DNA from: Lama glama
Taxonomy: Eukaryota
Length of the DNA: 64,000 nt
Reading direction: 5' to 3'
NCBI GenBank assembly: GCA_028534125.1
Contig: CM052832.1
Location: 19,346,001 to 19,410,000, forward strand
In this document: positions 24,051 to 38,189 of the stretch, one piece after another
Numbering within the stretch: position 1 is the first letter of the stretch
Layout of the letters: the number at the start of each line of letters is the position of its first letter
The notes under the pieces: generated by a model
Databases searched by the model: none
What the model was told of the DNA's origin: nothing
What the model saw: only the letters and a program-made list of their open reading frames with translations
Program-made: the position numbers and the translations under genes

Positions 24051-24569
24051 GGATCTGGATCATCTTCCTTTTCATCTCAAGGCGTGAAAGGATCCCAGAT
24101 TTCTGCACTTCCGTAACAATTTGGTTTTAATAATCCCTTAATCTCTTTACTTACCTCTTATGCTCCAAAGCGGCTCAGTTACCTAATCCTAGCCTCTCAC
24201 TCTGGATTGTGTTCTCTCCCGGAATTTTTTCACCTCAGCAATTTTATACCAATAATTCACTCTCTGACCATAGCTTCCTGGAGGCCATACACAAACAACA
24301 ATTACATTCTCCTGGCTGTTCTCTCTTCTCTACCCAACCCAGTTTATGTAACTGATTGCTGAAACCACTATGATAGTACTTGGAGCATGCTGTGCTCATG
24401 GGATGTAATCATAGAAGCCACTTTATTTTTGTCTCTTTAATCCTGCTGAGTGGGGCTAGTCTTTTTCTTGCCTCTTGAAACCTTGAACAGGTTCTGTGAC
24501 TTTTCTGGTCTCTCAGTCCTATGCTCACTCTAGTCTCAATTCAGCAATTTAAAACATCCACTCCCTATT

Positions 24570-24925
24570 ATGTTTAGTGCAATAAGTCAGACAGAGAAAG
24601 ACAAATACTGTATGTTATCATTTATAAGTAGAATTGAAAAAAATTAACCAATGAATATGCAAAAGAGAAACAGAGGCATAGCTACAGAGAACAAATTAGT
24701 GATTCCCAGTGGGGAAAGGGAAGAGGAGAGGGGCAAGATAGGAGTAGAGGGTTAAGAAGTTCCAACAGTTCTGTGTAAAATAAATAAGCTACCAGGATAC
24801 AGCACTGGGAATATGGCAACTACTTTATAATAACCATAAGTGGAATATAATCTATATAAATTTTGAATTACTGTGTTGTGCACCTGAAACTAATATACTA
24901 TTGGAAATACCTCAATAAAAATAAA
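24570..24925 (+). mobile_element. L1 3' end fragment
   Basis: aataagtcagacagagaaagacaaatactgtatg...cacctgaaactaatata...caataaaaataaaa. Flanked by aaaacatccactc on both sides (TSD-like). Confidence 0.85.
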
Positions 24926-26829
24926 ACATCCACTCAATATATTAACTTCAATTCAGTAATTTGCAGTGTTCGACCCAGTATACTAATCACCACTTCAATC
25001 TTCATTCAAAGGAAAAACTTGGTCCCAAATAGCAATTTTGGATATGGGTAGAGATTCCAGCCAGCTCCCCCCACGCTTGTTCCACTGTCTTTCTTACTCT
25101 CTGGCTGCTGTTTCTGACTCTGCTGGGGCAGAGAAACACAGTAAGAATGAACCAGAAGTATTTATTGAAAGTAATTATATATTCTGATCATTCTTTATCC
25201 CTTCAACAAATATGTCCAGGCACTGTATTTGGCTCTGGAAAGTCAAATGGTGAATTATGGTGCTGTGTACTGAGTTAGGGAAACCTGAAGTGGTATTTTG
25301 GGCGAAAGACTGAGAATTCTATTTTGGACCTGTTGAGTTTGAGATTGCCAAGAAAATATCCAACTTAATAAACACCTAAATACATTGACCTGGAGCTGGG
25401 AAGAAAGTCGAAGTTAAATGGATTAATGTGGGGGTTTTGGCATAGAGATAAGTAAGGCTATCAGAATGCAGGAAATTGCCTCAGGGAGCGTGAGAAGGAG
25501 GGGAGAAAAGGGTCCAGATTACAGTCTCCAAGACACACCAATCAACACCGGAGGGGGAGGGGAGGAACCAGCAAAGGAGACTGAGGAGGGTGGATCCTTT
25601 GTTCTTAGCACGTACTGGCCTAAACAGTAGTCCCCCCAAATGAAATAGTGGAGTTATCTTGAAAGCCCGCTGCTTTTGACTGTGGCAATGGAGTAGGGAA
25701 GGTGAGGGACTAGAAGTTACTATAGCTGTAATTTTCACTAAGCTCCATAAGGTAACAACTCAGGGGTCTCCTTAATAAAAACAAACACAGAGCTTCAGGG
25801 TTGATGTGAGTGGAGGGTTCTCCCAGGTGGGTTTAGGAGTCCCTGGGGGCTTTCTTCCTGTCCTCACCACCATTCTGAAATTGAGGAGGTTCTACTCCTT
25901 TTTAAAGTTCTGGCTTAAGCCAGAGTATTTGAGTTTATCATTTTATACCAAGCACTGTGCTAAGCATTGCAAACAGAAAACTGGTGGAAAAAATTCCGTC
26001 CTGTATTGTATGATAATTATGCTTCTCCATACTTACTTATTATTATTATTTCAATGGCTAGGTTTCCTCAGGGCAGTAGTTTCTTTTTGTTTAATTACAA
26101 AGCACTCCTTGAATTATTTTGTCCCAAAGAATGTGGAAATTCCTACAGTATTACATAAGATGAAATGAACTTACATGTAGTGTCTACACACTGAGATTTT
26201 CATTTTAGTGAGTCTAATAAATTTTCACGTAGATAAATGTTCAGTTGTTCTTAGAGCATTTTTTAAATGTTGAAAAACATTTTCAGACTCTTCTTATTTT
26301 CATAGAGCCTAAGGATTCAGGGATCCCAGACTGGGAATCCTGGTCCTAAAAGAATTATTTTCCCTTAATTGCCGGAGGATAACTATGTAACAATCTTTTT
26401 TCTCTCTTTTCTCCTGCTCTCAGTGCACCTGCCGCTAGCAGGCATGTTTTTCCAAAGAAAGCATTTCAGACCCACCTGGAGTGAATTTAAAAACTTCACT
26501 CTCCTAGTCTTTCACTAAGAGAGAATAATATCTGAATTTATATCTCACGGCAACCAGATATCCAAATATATTTTCTATGTTGAAAAAAAAGAATGGCTAA
26601 ACATTGTAAATCTATCACGTTGTAAGACAAAATATATAATCCAAAGAATGTAGTCAGACTGAGTTCGTAAGAATCATCCTTCTTGAATTTCTGAGTTTAC
26701 TGCTGGAATTTTAGCCAAATGTATTTGGTTTTACATTTAATAAATACTATTTACAAGTTGAAGTTGAAGTTGAAGTTTAAGGTTTATGTATTGCAAATGA
26801 ATGAAAAGGATTATAGAATACTCTTATAT

Positions 26830-27048
26830 CAGGGTTTTTCAACCTCAGCTCTATTGACATTTTGGGCCAAATAATTTGTGGTTGGAGGGTAAGGGCTGTC
26901 CTGTATCTTGTAGAATGTTTAGCAACATCCCTGTCCTCTACCCACTAGATCCCAGTAGCATCACTTCCCCAAGTTGTGACAACCAAACACATCTCCAGAT
27001 ACCACCACTCTCTCCCGGGTGGCAAAATCGCTCCTGATAGAACCACTG
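26830..27048. mobile_element. MER20 (hAT-Charlie) DNA transposon
   Basis: cagggtttttcaacctcagctctattgacattttgggcc...gttgtgacaacc...agaaccactg; ~220 bp with TIRs. Confidence 0.85.
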
Positions 27049-27547
27049 TGTTTTATAATAATAAGAAGAATCCATAAACTCCAAGACCATTTTTGCCTTT
27101 AGAAGATATAACCTTTTCAGTTTTGACAGACATATTCTTCACACATGGTAGACATTAAAAGACAGTAAAAGGTAAAATCAAATGTTACCAGACTCCAGCA
27201 GTGACTTAAATTTTATTTTTCTTTATGCTTCTATGACTTAAACATAATGTCCTGGTTTATATGTGTCCACTCTCCCAAACCCAAATTCCCACTAAGAAAA
27301 TCATGTTCCTGTTTACACCTAGCACCTACAGTGGTAAGTGAACTTCTCTGGGGTCTGGGTCCATGATCCACCTGGAGTCTGCAAGAGATAGCTTTCCCAT
27401 GTTTGAAAAATTTGAAGGATTTGGCCACAGGAGGGAGCACTATTCCTATGATTGCTTATTTATCTATTAACTATTTTATAACATGCTTGTCAGAAAGAGT
27501 TCAATGATGCGAGGAATTCCTAACATAGGAATCAGAAACACAGCTCA

Positions 27548-27992
27548 TACAGTAGTCAGGATTTTCCAGAGAAATAGAACTGATAGGATAAAAAGATTCA
27601 TACTATGAGGACTTGGCCCCACTATTATGAAGGCTGAGAAGTTCCACGATCTGCTGTCTGCAAGCTGGAGGCCCAGAAAAGCCAGTGGTGTAGCCTGAGA
27701 ACCGGGGGAGCCAATGGTGTAAATGCTAGCCTAAGGGCAGAAGATAAGAGGTGACATCCTGCTCAAACAGGCAGAAAAAAAGGGGGGGGGGTGGAGAACT
27801 CCTCTGCCTATTTTTCTAATCAGGCCCTCAGCAGATTGGATGACACCCACCTAAGTGGGGAAAACAGTTTACTGAGTTCACTGTTTCAAATGCTAATTTC
27901 ACCTGGAAACACCCTCACAGATGCCCAGAAATCATGATTAATCTGAGCACTGCTGGGCCCAGTCAAGTTGACACATAAAATTAACCATTACA
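27548..27992 (-). mobile_element. MLT2 (ERVL) solo LTR
   Basis: agtcaggattttccagagaaatagaac...ctgcaagctggaggcccag...cccagtcaagttgacacataaaattaaccattaca. Confidence 0.85.
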
Positions 27993-29359
27993 ACTAGCTT
28001 ACAGATCAAGAATCTAACCACATCTCTGTTCTTATAATCTAAGCTTGCACCCACTTGCCACTACATTAATTTTTTCAGTTATAATTTTTGAAAGCAGCAA
28101 TATAAGTTAGCATCTGTGGATGAAAGATCACTGCACCACACAGCTGTCTGATTTCTCAGAATCAAAGTGTTGGAACTAACATCCTCTACTTTGGAAGAAG
28201 ACACATGGTGTACGGTGACATCTGCTAATTGGTGCAGTCTACACATTTATGGACTAACTACAGGTGTATTGAGAAGCTGTTTAAGGCAGCATTTAAAAAA
28301 ATTTTTATGAAGATTTAATTTCTGTCAAAATGTTTTAAGATTTTGGCTTGTGAAGATAATAGACTTTTATTAAAGTTCATCTCTATGCTTTAAAAAAATA
28401 AATGGACATGTACTTCATACTGTAATGTGCTTGAATGGGCTCTAGATGACTGCCAAGAATGATGTGCCCAATTAATAAAAAATTAAAGTCATTTAGATTG
28501 GGCGAGATAGAGTTAAACAGATTAAAACCTTGTATGATACATTGTGCAATTTATTAAACGTTACCATTTTACTCTTTTAAAAACCTAGCTTGTCATAGAA
28601 TATGCCACTGTACTATCTACTCCCTCTGCCAACACAAAGGGAAACCGAGTTCAGTATGAATCATCTCTGGTGATGTTAGAAGAATTTAATTTCACCTTTT
28701 CAGGAAGGTTGGGAATGTTATAGACCCTCCCTGGCTTAACAGACATGGAAGTGAAGTTTTGAAACTGGTAGAGATGCCTGCCTACATTTTTAATATGACC
28801 CTAATGCCTAAGGAAAGGTCTCATAGGATCCAGATTATAATACAGAATGGCATTATTTAAGTTTACCAGAAAGTGCAGGGAATGGCTTCCAGACTTAGTT
28901 GATGGTAAGTTAGCTAAACCCCATCTTTGTTTCAACCTGTCTCACTGGGAATGTTTCTAAACTACGTGATTCTTTCTGCAACAGTAAATAAATCTTTGGT
29001 TATCTGGGTCATGATTCTGAATGTAATTTCTTACTGATGAATACCCTAGCGCTGGGTTTTACACCAGGTAGACTTACTTTTGGGTTTCATAATATCTTAA
29101 AATCAAAGTTGGCTCCTTAGAGTAGGAGGTGATGGGAGATACTCTATCTCCCCCAATCTAAATGACCAGGAAAGGTCATTTCCTTTCCCAGGAGACACTC
29201 ATTTTGGTGGTGGAGAAATGATGGTGGCAACCAGGGCACGGACTTGTCAGGGAAGGTCCTGTGTTGGGGCGTTCCATTCATGCACGCAAAGCTTTAGGAG
29301 AGATTGGAATACTGAGCCTACAAACTGGAATGACACTACTTCTTCCTGATACCTGTGCT

Positions 29360-29946
29360 GGTTACCATGGCTATTAGCCTCAAGCTCTAACCCTCCCCCT
29401 TTCTTGAGGGAGCTAAGCTGTGGGCAGGCATCATCTTTGTCTTACAGGAAACCACCAGAAGAGAAAAACAAGAGGCCACCAGGATTGGTTAGAACTGGCT
29501 GAATCCAAGATGGTGGAAGACCTGACCGCAGTGGATGCTGGGCCTCATTATACACTCATTGTACTACATCAGCGTGTAAATGACACACACACACACGTGG
29601 CGAGGACAGGAAGTGCAGGACCATAGAAAGAAGAAAAAGAGGCGGCAGCCCAAGTCCGGGAAGAACCCCATCAATTCCCAGAAAAGCAATGCATATGCCT
29701 CCCCCTCATTAATCCTACCTTTAAAAATCTTGCCCTGATTGTCCCTGAGGAGCAGTTGATCTCTGAACTAAGGTCCCGCTTCTTCCATTCTCTGGCCACT
29801 GAATAGAGCTTGTGCTGCTTTAGTCTTAGTATCAGTTTCCTCATTGACTGTGCAAATCTGAAAGGAAAAGGACCTTGCCCACCAAGGTGGGAGGACTTGG
29901 CTGGGCTAGGGCCCAAGTTAGGGTCCCTATGAGCAATTCGGTAACA
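29360..29946 (+). mobile_element. ERV1-type solo LTR (family not recognised)
   Basis: Inverted termini ggttacc...ggtaaca; 4-bp TSD-like tgct/tgat; caagatgg motif, TATA-like tttaaaa at ~29720 and degenerate polyA signal aataga at ~29802. Confidence 0.65.
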
Positions 29947-29949
29947 TGA

Positions 29950-30415
29950 TTACAAGGTGCACCATTATTTTAGGTACCCCTAACAAAGAAAAAAATTTGA
30001 TTAAATGATGACCCAAATCTTTCTTATAACATAGATTTTTAAAAATTGTATGCTTATTGAAAGCACTCTTTTAGACTTCTTTAGACACAGTTCTGTATCA
30101 TATGACATTCTTGTGCATAATTGGGAAAATACAAGCAAAATATAAGGCATTTCTAAAAACTTTTTTGTTTCAATGCTTAACTATGGTGTAATCTTAAAAA
30201 AAATTTGTTTTAGAAGTATTTAAACTTAACATAAGACACTAACCATAAACGTCTTAGCTCAAGCGGTGACAATGTGAAGAGTATGGCCAGATTCTCTCCT
30301 GCTTATGCAGTACGCCACCTGGTCAAGGGCAAGTGGAGGACTTCTTTGACTGTAAGGTACATCCTGATTACAGAGACTTAAAGATGGTGGGAAAAAACAT
30401 GCATCTTAAATGTAA
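29950..30415. mobile_element. Kanga/Tc2-like DNA transposon remnant
   Basis: gactgtaaggtacatcctgattacagagacttaaag...aaaaaacatgcatctta resembles the Kanga/MER104 terminus. Confidence 0.45.
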
Positions 30416-32719
30416 TGTGCTAGATTTGTTCTTTTTTCCCTCTCTTCTTCCTTCCGGTTTGAGTAACCTTATGTTAACTTGTTTATCATTTGACTCTTTC
30501 AGTTTAAAATTGAATTAATTGTGGAAAAAGTCAGTTACGAAGGGTTCAGGGTGTGCTGGATTCTTATCAGGCAAGGTTTCACTGCATTTTAACTTAAATG
30601 GTATTTAAACTTTTTCATTTATTCACATAGATGTTTTAAGACGTGCTTTTCTAATCTGCACTCGGTATGGTTTTACTGCACTATCTGAAAATGTCACTGG
30701 GAAATGACCAAATAGGTCATAAAACAGAGGGGTTGAAAAATGTTAGATTGTGCAATCACTGAAACTTCTGTGGCTAGTTTATAATTAAGTTAGAAATCGA
30801 TGTATGTGAGTAGAAAACATTCGGGTGTCTACCTTTAATAATTCTACCTCCTATGCTAGTTGTGGTCTTATTGACTGATCAAGAAATTTTAAAATTAGGA
30901 CTCCCAAACTTAGAATAACATCAGAATTTCACAGTTCCCTAAAGCATCTCTTTCCATTAATCCAGAAACTGGACTACAGTTAACCAATAACTTCTGTATT
31001 AGTAACATAATTTCCTGCAGAATGGTTTCTTTGTAATGGTTAACTTCTCTCTTAGTTGTTCACAGCAGGGGGTAGTTTTCTTTCATCAAAGTCTTCTATT
31101 TATTGTAATTCACTGTGGCTTACCCATGTTTGACCCTGAAACAAAACAAAACAAAACAAAATCCTCCCAGGTACGAAGAGATAGTAGGGTTTTACTTCAG
31201 CGATTATCAGCAAACTAAGGAAAATCCTTCAAAGCACTAACTAAAAAATTGAGAGTCCGACTTGGACATCTAAGATTTTCCCAGCAATAACCTTTCAATG
31301 ATGGGGGAGGGAAATACTTAGCCATAGAAGCATTTTGTTGGTGTTAAAAGATAGCAATTTTAATTTTCGAACTAGAAAAAGTAAAGAAAAGAAAATTCTG
31401 TTCTGAGGTTGTGTAGAATTAAGGTTTGTGGAGAAATGTAGCCTGTTAGTAGTGTGAAAATAAGAAAGGAGCCCCTGGAATGTTGGAGACAGGGCTGAAT
31501 CCACTTTTGTTGTGTTATTCTGTTGCTTCAAATCTGAATTACAGAAGGATTAGCACAGTTTACCAACAACAAAAAATCAACCTCAGATATGCATTACTCT
31601 AATTTTCACTGTTAATGAAATCTGAGAAGAACTTAGAGAGGCAGCAAGCTACTCAGAGATGCAGAGTACCTTGAATTCTTTTGGGTGTGGGGGTTGGAGG
31701 AAGGTATGAACTGATTACAAAGCTTTGGTTTTATTTATTTTTAATTTATTTCTTTATATTTAAATATAAATATATTGATTTTACAAACACTACTTCTCAC
31801 TGATGTAAATATGTTACTTTTACCTACTTAATGATTATGCATATAAATCATTGAGAGCTGAAAGCGAGAAAAACAAAACTTAGTTTGGCATAGTGAAACC
31901 ATTCCTAAGCTATTTACTGGTTTGTAGAGTCAAGTTGAAGAAAATAAGTAATAATTATTTTAACTCAGAATCGAAGAAAGTCTTGCTCCTCTTGAGAGTG
32001 ACAAAAATAATTTAATTGTAAGGGAAGGGGATGGAGGATTATGTGAAGTGTTGAAAGGATTTAGAGCTTAGGTTGTCTAGTTTCATGAAAGTTTTAAAAA
32101 ATTCTCCCCATAGCTGGACTGTTAAATCACCATGGAGGAGAAGTTGCTTTGTTTAAATAGCTTTTCCCTTCAAAGAATCAAAGTATAACAACAAATTCCT
32201 TGTAAAAGAGAGTAAATTGTGTTTTAAGTAGAACTACTCAAAGAAAAATTTTAATATTCCTTATACTTTCAGCTGTCCTGTGGGAAAGCAAAGTCAGCCT
32301 GGTGGCTTCTCATACCTCCTACTGAAGCAGAAATCATTCAAAAAGCCAAGCTCTTTGCTCTAGTCCTCAGTCATCATAACTGATCAAAACTCAAGGGGGC
32401 TCTGGTTTTCTGTAAAATAGTGTAGCCCTTGGTTCTTCAGTTTCCAGAAACTGTACTGTATATGAATAAAACAAATCAATGATACAAATGGTGTATACTG
32501 CCAACAGATCTACTGAAACAGATCAAAGTGAGTAAAGTGGTAACTATTTGGTAGACTCCAGTCCCAACTCCACCACCACCTTCCCTGGTACCTCATGCCA
32601 CTGGACTTTCATTTAAAGACTTGTTGAGACCTTTGGTGGTTAGTTTTTTTTTTTTTTCATCCATCACTAGCGTTAAACTCAGCTTGGGATTTATCAGATC
32701 TATCTTAAAAAATGAGATA

Positions 32720-32910
32720 ATATTTATTTGTTGCATACAATGTCAGGCACTTCTGTAAGCACTATACATTCATCATTACCTTTTTAAATCTTATGTGGGT
32801 AAGGTTTTGTTGCTCATTTTACAGATGAGCGAACTAAGACTTAGAAAAATGAAGTAACAGATCCTGGTGATGCAGCTATTAAGTGATGGAGCCACAATTA
32901 AAAACTGGGT
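32720..32910 (-). mobile_element. MIR SINE
   Basis: atgtcaggcact...ctcattttacagatgagcgaactaagacttaga. Confidence 0.65.
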
Positions 32911-35900
32911 TACAAGTATCATGTATAAATAAAACAACACAACCAATCTACTCTGAAGTATAGTGATATCTTCAATGAAGCAAGTTAAAATCCATTTGAG
33001 ACTATCCTCATGAAACAGATGCAAATGTTTCCTCAGTTGAGAAATTTAAATCATTTGATGACTGCAGTGAAACGTGTATGCATTTTTAAATATAAAATAT
33101 CTCTAGTTAGCAATTTTCTTCATTTCTTCTAATAAAATTCTGTCACTACCAATAAGTGTTGGGTGAGTCCATTTCAGAAGTCAGATTGTCTGTCATTGGA
33201 ATATATGATTTTTGATCACATCTATCTGCTCTCTAGTGTAGGAAAAGAGCAATCCTTCAAGAATAAAGTTTTGTGCTTTACTGTCCTGTGGCAGCTCCAT
33301 GGACCATCTGATATGTTTATTGACTCCAACAAATTTGAAACCTCTGGCAGTTTTCTTCTTCCTTGCTGTGAAATAATTGTCTAGAGACAGGGAATCCTCC
33401 AGGTGGCTAGTTAAATGCCTCCAGAAGGCATGGGGCATTGATGAATCCCAGTGAGGATTTCTGTAGTTTACGAGTGGCTTTATTGGCCAAAGAATCTCAT
33501 GGATCATACCCCTCAGAATGGGATCTCCAGAAGTGACATGTTTGTGAAGAATCGTCAAGTAGATGCATCACTGCATCTCAGCACTTCTGGGTGAATCTCT
33601 CAAATGCAGAGTTGTTTCTGACCTTAAAAAACCCACACATATTTAAAATACTCACTTGTCTTTTTCAATTTTACTAGGTTCTATTAATTTTTTTGCATAT
33701 ACACCTCTCCCTCACTTTCAAGTTCTCAAACCCCTATATTTCCTCAGGCCATATCAGGCCAAGGTGTGTAAAATTGATCAATATTATTAAGGCACAGCTC
33801 AGCAGGCTCTTGCTTCCCACGAAAGGTGTGCATCCCCATAACCGTCCCCCTGAAACTTCCCCGAGTTATTTCTAGGAGTTCCCAGGGAGTGAGCTCTTAA
33901 GCCTGCCCAGTTTCTGCCTGGCCCTCATTCCCTGCTTAGCTCCTTTTGGTGCTGTTTCCTAGCTGCTCGTGAAGGCCGGTACTGCCATCTGTGTACCGTT
34001 ACCTCTGTGGGGTGATGCTGTCTCTTGCTATGTTAGAGTTCACAGGTCCAGGGAGGACCGCCAGTGTGACTCTGCTCCCTGCACTGGAACGGCTCTCTTC
34101 TCCATCCCCCTCCCACGTTATATTTTACATACGGTGTGAAAGAGAAGCTGTTTGTGCTCCATGCCTTATAGAATTTATAATCAAATCTTTGTTTTGAATT
34201 TTTCTGATAGCCACATCCAATTCCCTGGAATGAGTACATGTAGATTGGAAACTGACAAGTGAGATGCTGAACTTCAGACTGCCCCTCTCCCACCATCTAG
34301 CCTTTGATGCTGGGGTTACTTCTCTTACTGCCTTTTACTTTAGGATGAATTTTTGTCAGGAGATACCTTGGTTTTTCATAAAAACACCTTCTTGGTGGGT
34401 CCACCTAACAGTCTGGCAGGCACACTCAGACATATGTGAATCCCTGTAGGGGACAAAGTGGAGTCCAGAGCTAGGACATATTCCTTCCTTCCTTCGCCCC
34501 CTTCCTCCCTCCCTCCTTCCCTCCAGACTCCCCCCCACCCTTTCTTTCTTTCCTCTCTCCTACTCTCTTTTCTCTTTCTATACCCATACTTCTGTAATAT
34601 TCATTTGCTCAGCTATATACCAGGCACTGTGCTGCAGTGACCGGACAATGTCCCACTCTCCTGAACATGCCAGAGAGTGGCAAGTGCTACAAACAGGAAA
34701 TAGAACGGGGTGTTGTGACCGAAAGCCTAAGGGATACTTTATACAAGGTTATTAGGGAAGGCCTTTCTGATGAGGTAAACAGTCAGCTGGGAGCTGAATG
34801 ACAAGAAAGACTCAACTGTACTTAAAAACCTGGTCCTTAAGCAGTCCATGCAGAGAAAACAGCAGTATTTATATCCTTATTTATATTGCATGTTATATTT
34901 TGCCTTTGAGAGCATCCCCAGCCCCTGAAGATGTAAGGCATGGGATTTTACACTGAGCTCACCCCTGGCTGATGTGTCCCGCTCACGCAGGTATGATGTT
35001 GGGGTTCGTATTGAGCGAGACCTCATATGAGTGACCCTGTCTCACAGGGCCCTCAGCTGAAGGGATCCTCTGTAGATCCCTCTGGGAGTACAGCCGTACT
35101 CCCAACTCACCGCACACTCTAATGGGGCCTCTGGGCATATGGTTTTCAGGGTTTCTAACCTTGTTCCACAGGGAGGGGAGCTTCAGGGAAATCCCGGCCC
35201 AGTGCAGGATCACTGGGCGTGAGGAGATGGCAGTGGAACCCTACATCCCCCTCACTTTCAGGGAATTCCAGATTCCACCATGTTCAGTTCAAGAAGGTGA
35301 AAAGCAGGGGTTTCTCCAAGCACCAGTGGGCACTTCTGACAGGGCAGGAGCATGAAGCCTGGATTTACATCGGCCGAGGGGCTCAGGCGGCTCTAGCTTG
35401 TCCGGGAGGGCCAGAGTTTCCCACTCCTCAGAGGGGACACTGCTTACCACAGGCTGGGCCTCCTCAGGCAGCCTCTCTGATGTTTCCTGGTTTTGGGGGG
35501 CCCTCCCTCTGCCAGGTCTCTGTCAGCTAGCATCACTGTCCGTCACCTCTGGTTTCCCCAACAGACACCGGCCTCCCCTCTGTCTCCTGAGCCTGGCCTG
35601 AGGCAGAGATGACCACCTGCGTTTTAGATTCTTTCTGGGCTGACTCCTTCATATTGTCTTTGCTCGTGAAGACTCCTTTAACTTCCACTCCATCTCTTCA
35701 CTGTATCCCATCCAATCAATTCTTCAATGTTCACTTCAAAACTCCCCTCCTCTCTGTGGCCCTACCCAAATACTGTTGCCCCGCCCAATCTCTTCTTTGC
35801 TGGATGTCTACAAGCAACTCAGACCTTACACACTCCTAATGGTTCCTCTCCCTTCCCTTCCTCCTTCCTTCCTTCTAAATAAGAATTTGCTTACTTATTC

Positions 35901-36464
35901 CAACTCTTTTTGCAAAACAAATTAAAATTTGAATATATGACAAGAATATTTATAATGTATGTGAGAGGTAAAAAACATTAATAATAACATAAAGACATGT
36001 ACGCACTGCCTCCCTGCCCCACTGACACATACAACAATGGCAATTCACTGATGTTTGTGGTTTCTTTTGCACTATGATGGCATCAACCACGTGGCCCACA
36101 AAGTCTCAGATATTCTAGTGCTGGCTCCTCATAGAAAAAGTTGGCTGAAAGAAAAAATTTGCTAACTCATGCATCAGGCCAAGGTTGTTAACTACATTAT
36201 TCAGACTTCCATTGTCTTTACTTTGTTTTTATTGGTGTGCTATATAGATTACCATTATGATGGTGAGTTTCTTAATTTGTCTTTGTAGTGCTGTCACTTC
36301 TTCTTTATTTTGGATCTATGAGTATTAAATGAAATCAAATATATGTTCCTGGTGAATTGCATTTTTCATCATTAGGAGAAGATCCTCTTTATTGTTCATG
36401 ATCCTTTTTGTCTTAAATTCTCTGTCTGCAGTTAATATACAATCCCAAATTTTCTCCTGGTTAG

Positions 36465-37262
36465 TTTTTTTTTTAATTGGAGTATAGTTGATTTTCATTA
36501 TTTTATTAGTTTTGGGTGTACAACACAGTGACTCAATGTTTTTATAGATTATACTCCATTTAAGGTTATTACAAAATAATGGCTCTATTTCCCTGTGCTG
36601 TACAATATATTCTTGTTGCTTATTTATTTTATACCTAGTAGTTAGTATCTCTTAATCTTAATTAATTAATCTTAATGCCCCTCCCCTTTACCTCTCCCCA
36701 CTGCTAACCACTAGTTTGTTTTCTACATTTGTGAGTCTGTTTCTGTTTTGTTATATTCATTCATTTGTTTTATGTTTTAGATTCTACACGTAAGCGGTCA
36801 CAGATTTTATGTCTTTGTCTGACTTATTTCACTAAACATAATACCCTCTAGGCACATCCATGTGGTTGCAAATGGCAAAATTTCATTCCTTTTTAATTGC
36901 TGAGTATATATAGTATAGTATAGTGTATATTCCATTGTATATATAGACATCGTCTTAATCCAGTTGTCTGTTGATGGACACTTGGGTTGCTTCCATATCT
37001 TGACTATTGTATATAATGCTGCTGTGCACATTGGGGTGCATGTATCTTTTGAATTAGTGTTTTTGTTTTCTTCAGATAAACATCAGGAATGGAATTGCTG
37101 GATCTATGTGGTAGTTTTATTTTTAGTTTTTTGAGGAATCTCCATACTGTTTTCCACAGTAGCTGCACCAATTTACATTCCCACCAACAGTGCACAAATA
37201 TTCCCTTTTCTCCACATCCTCACCAATGTTTGTTGTATGTGGTCTTTTTGATTATAGCCATG
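36465..37262 (-). mobile_element. L1 3' end fragment
   Basis: Poly-T tail, 3' UTR and ORF2 C-terminal peptides in the ORF track ([33 protein letters not shown]). Confidence 0.9.
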
Positions 37263-37605
37263 ATCAGGATTTATCTGATCTTTCTGGCTTCTAAAATCCT
37301 TCTTCCTTTGCTAGTCTTGGGATTCTGCATAAGAGAGAAGAGCTCTAACACAAATCCAGCAAGCAATAGGAGCAGAGAGAAAGACTGCAACTACATGACT
37401 TTCTGTTGCTTTTTCTCTGCCCCAGTTAAATGTGTTCAGTGAGGAAGAGAAATGTGTATGTTCCAGCTTTGAACAAATGGGTGGGGAGTCCATATATGAA
37501 AATAAGGAACTTAGGAAAAGAGAAGGATTTGAGGAAACCATGAGATCATGTGAACGTTTTGAGTCTACATTGACTTTTTGATGCTCTAGGGATGCTGTCC
37601 AGGAG

Positions 37606-37989
37606 GAAGGGTGTGCTGAGAACTGTACTGACTTGCAAGACTCAATTGTTAAATTTGCAGGAATTTTAAACATGGTCATTATTAAAAACTAATTTGTATA
37701 AATGTACAATTAAATAAATTCCTTTAAAAACAAAGATAACAGGACTCAAAACTCATCACCACCTACACCTTACTATTATCTGTGAGGCTAGAAGTCTATT
37801 GTATTCATATGGTGGCAATACCATATGAGCTACTGCATATCTCTTCCCTTTAGTGGTGTCAGATTGGAGCTAGAAATCAGCCCCCCAAAATTGTGTGCAC
37901 TATTTAAACTACAAAAGTTGGCAAATGCTATGAATCAAGGCCTTCTTCACTCTGCAAACAGTAATTAAACATTAATCAACACATCACTG
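37606..37989. mobile_element. MER63-like (hAT-Blackjack) DNA transposon
   Basis: ggtgtgctgagaac...caattgttaaatttgcaggaattt...actcaaaactcatcac...aaacattaatcaacacatcactg. Confidence 0.7.
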
Positions 37990-38189
37990 TCTAAGAGGCA
38001 AATGGATAAATGAGCCTGAGCTCAGGAGACAAATCTGGGCTGGAGATACTGTACTGTTCTCTTCTCTTTGGTCTTCTTTTTAATACTATTAACTTTCAAG
38101 GCATTGATGTATTAAGGAACTTAAATAATAATGCTTCTGCCCCAGATTGCAATGTCCCATACATTGATCTTTCAATTGGTATGACCTGA

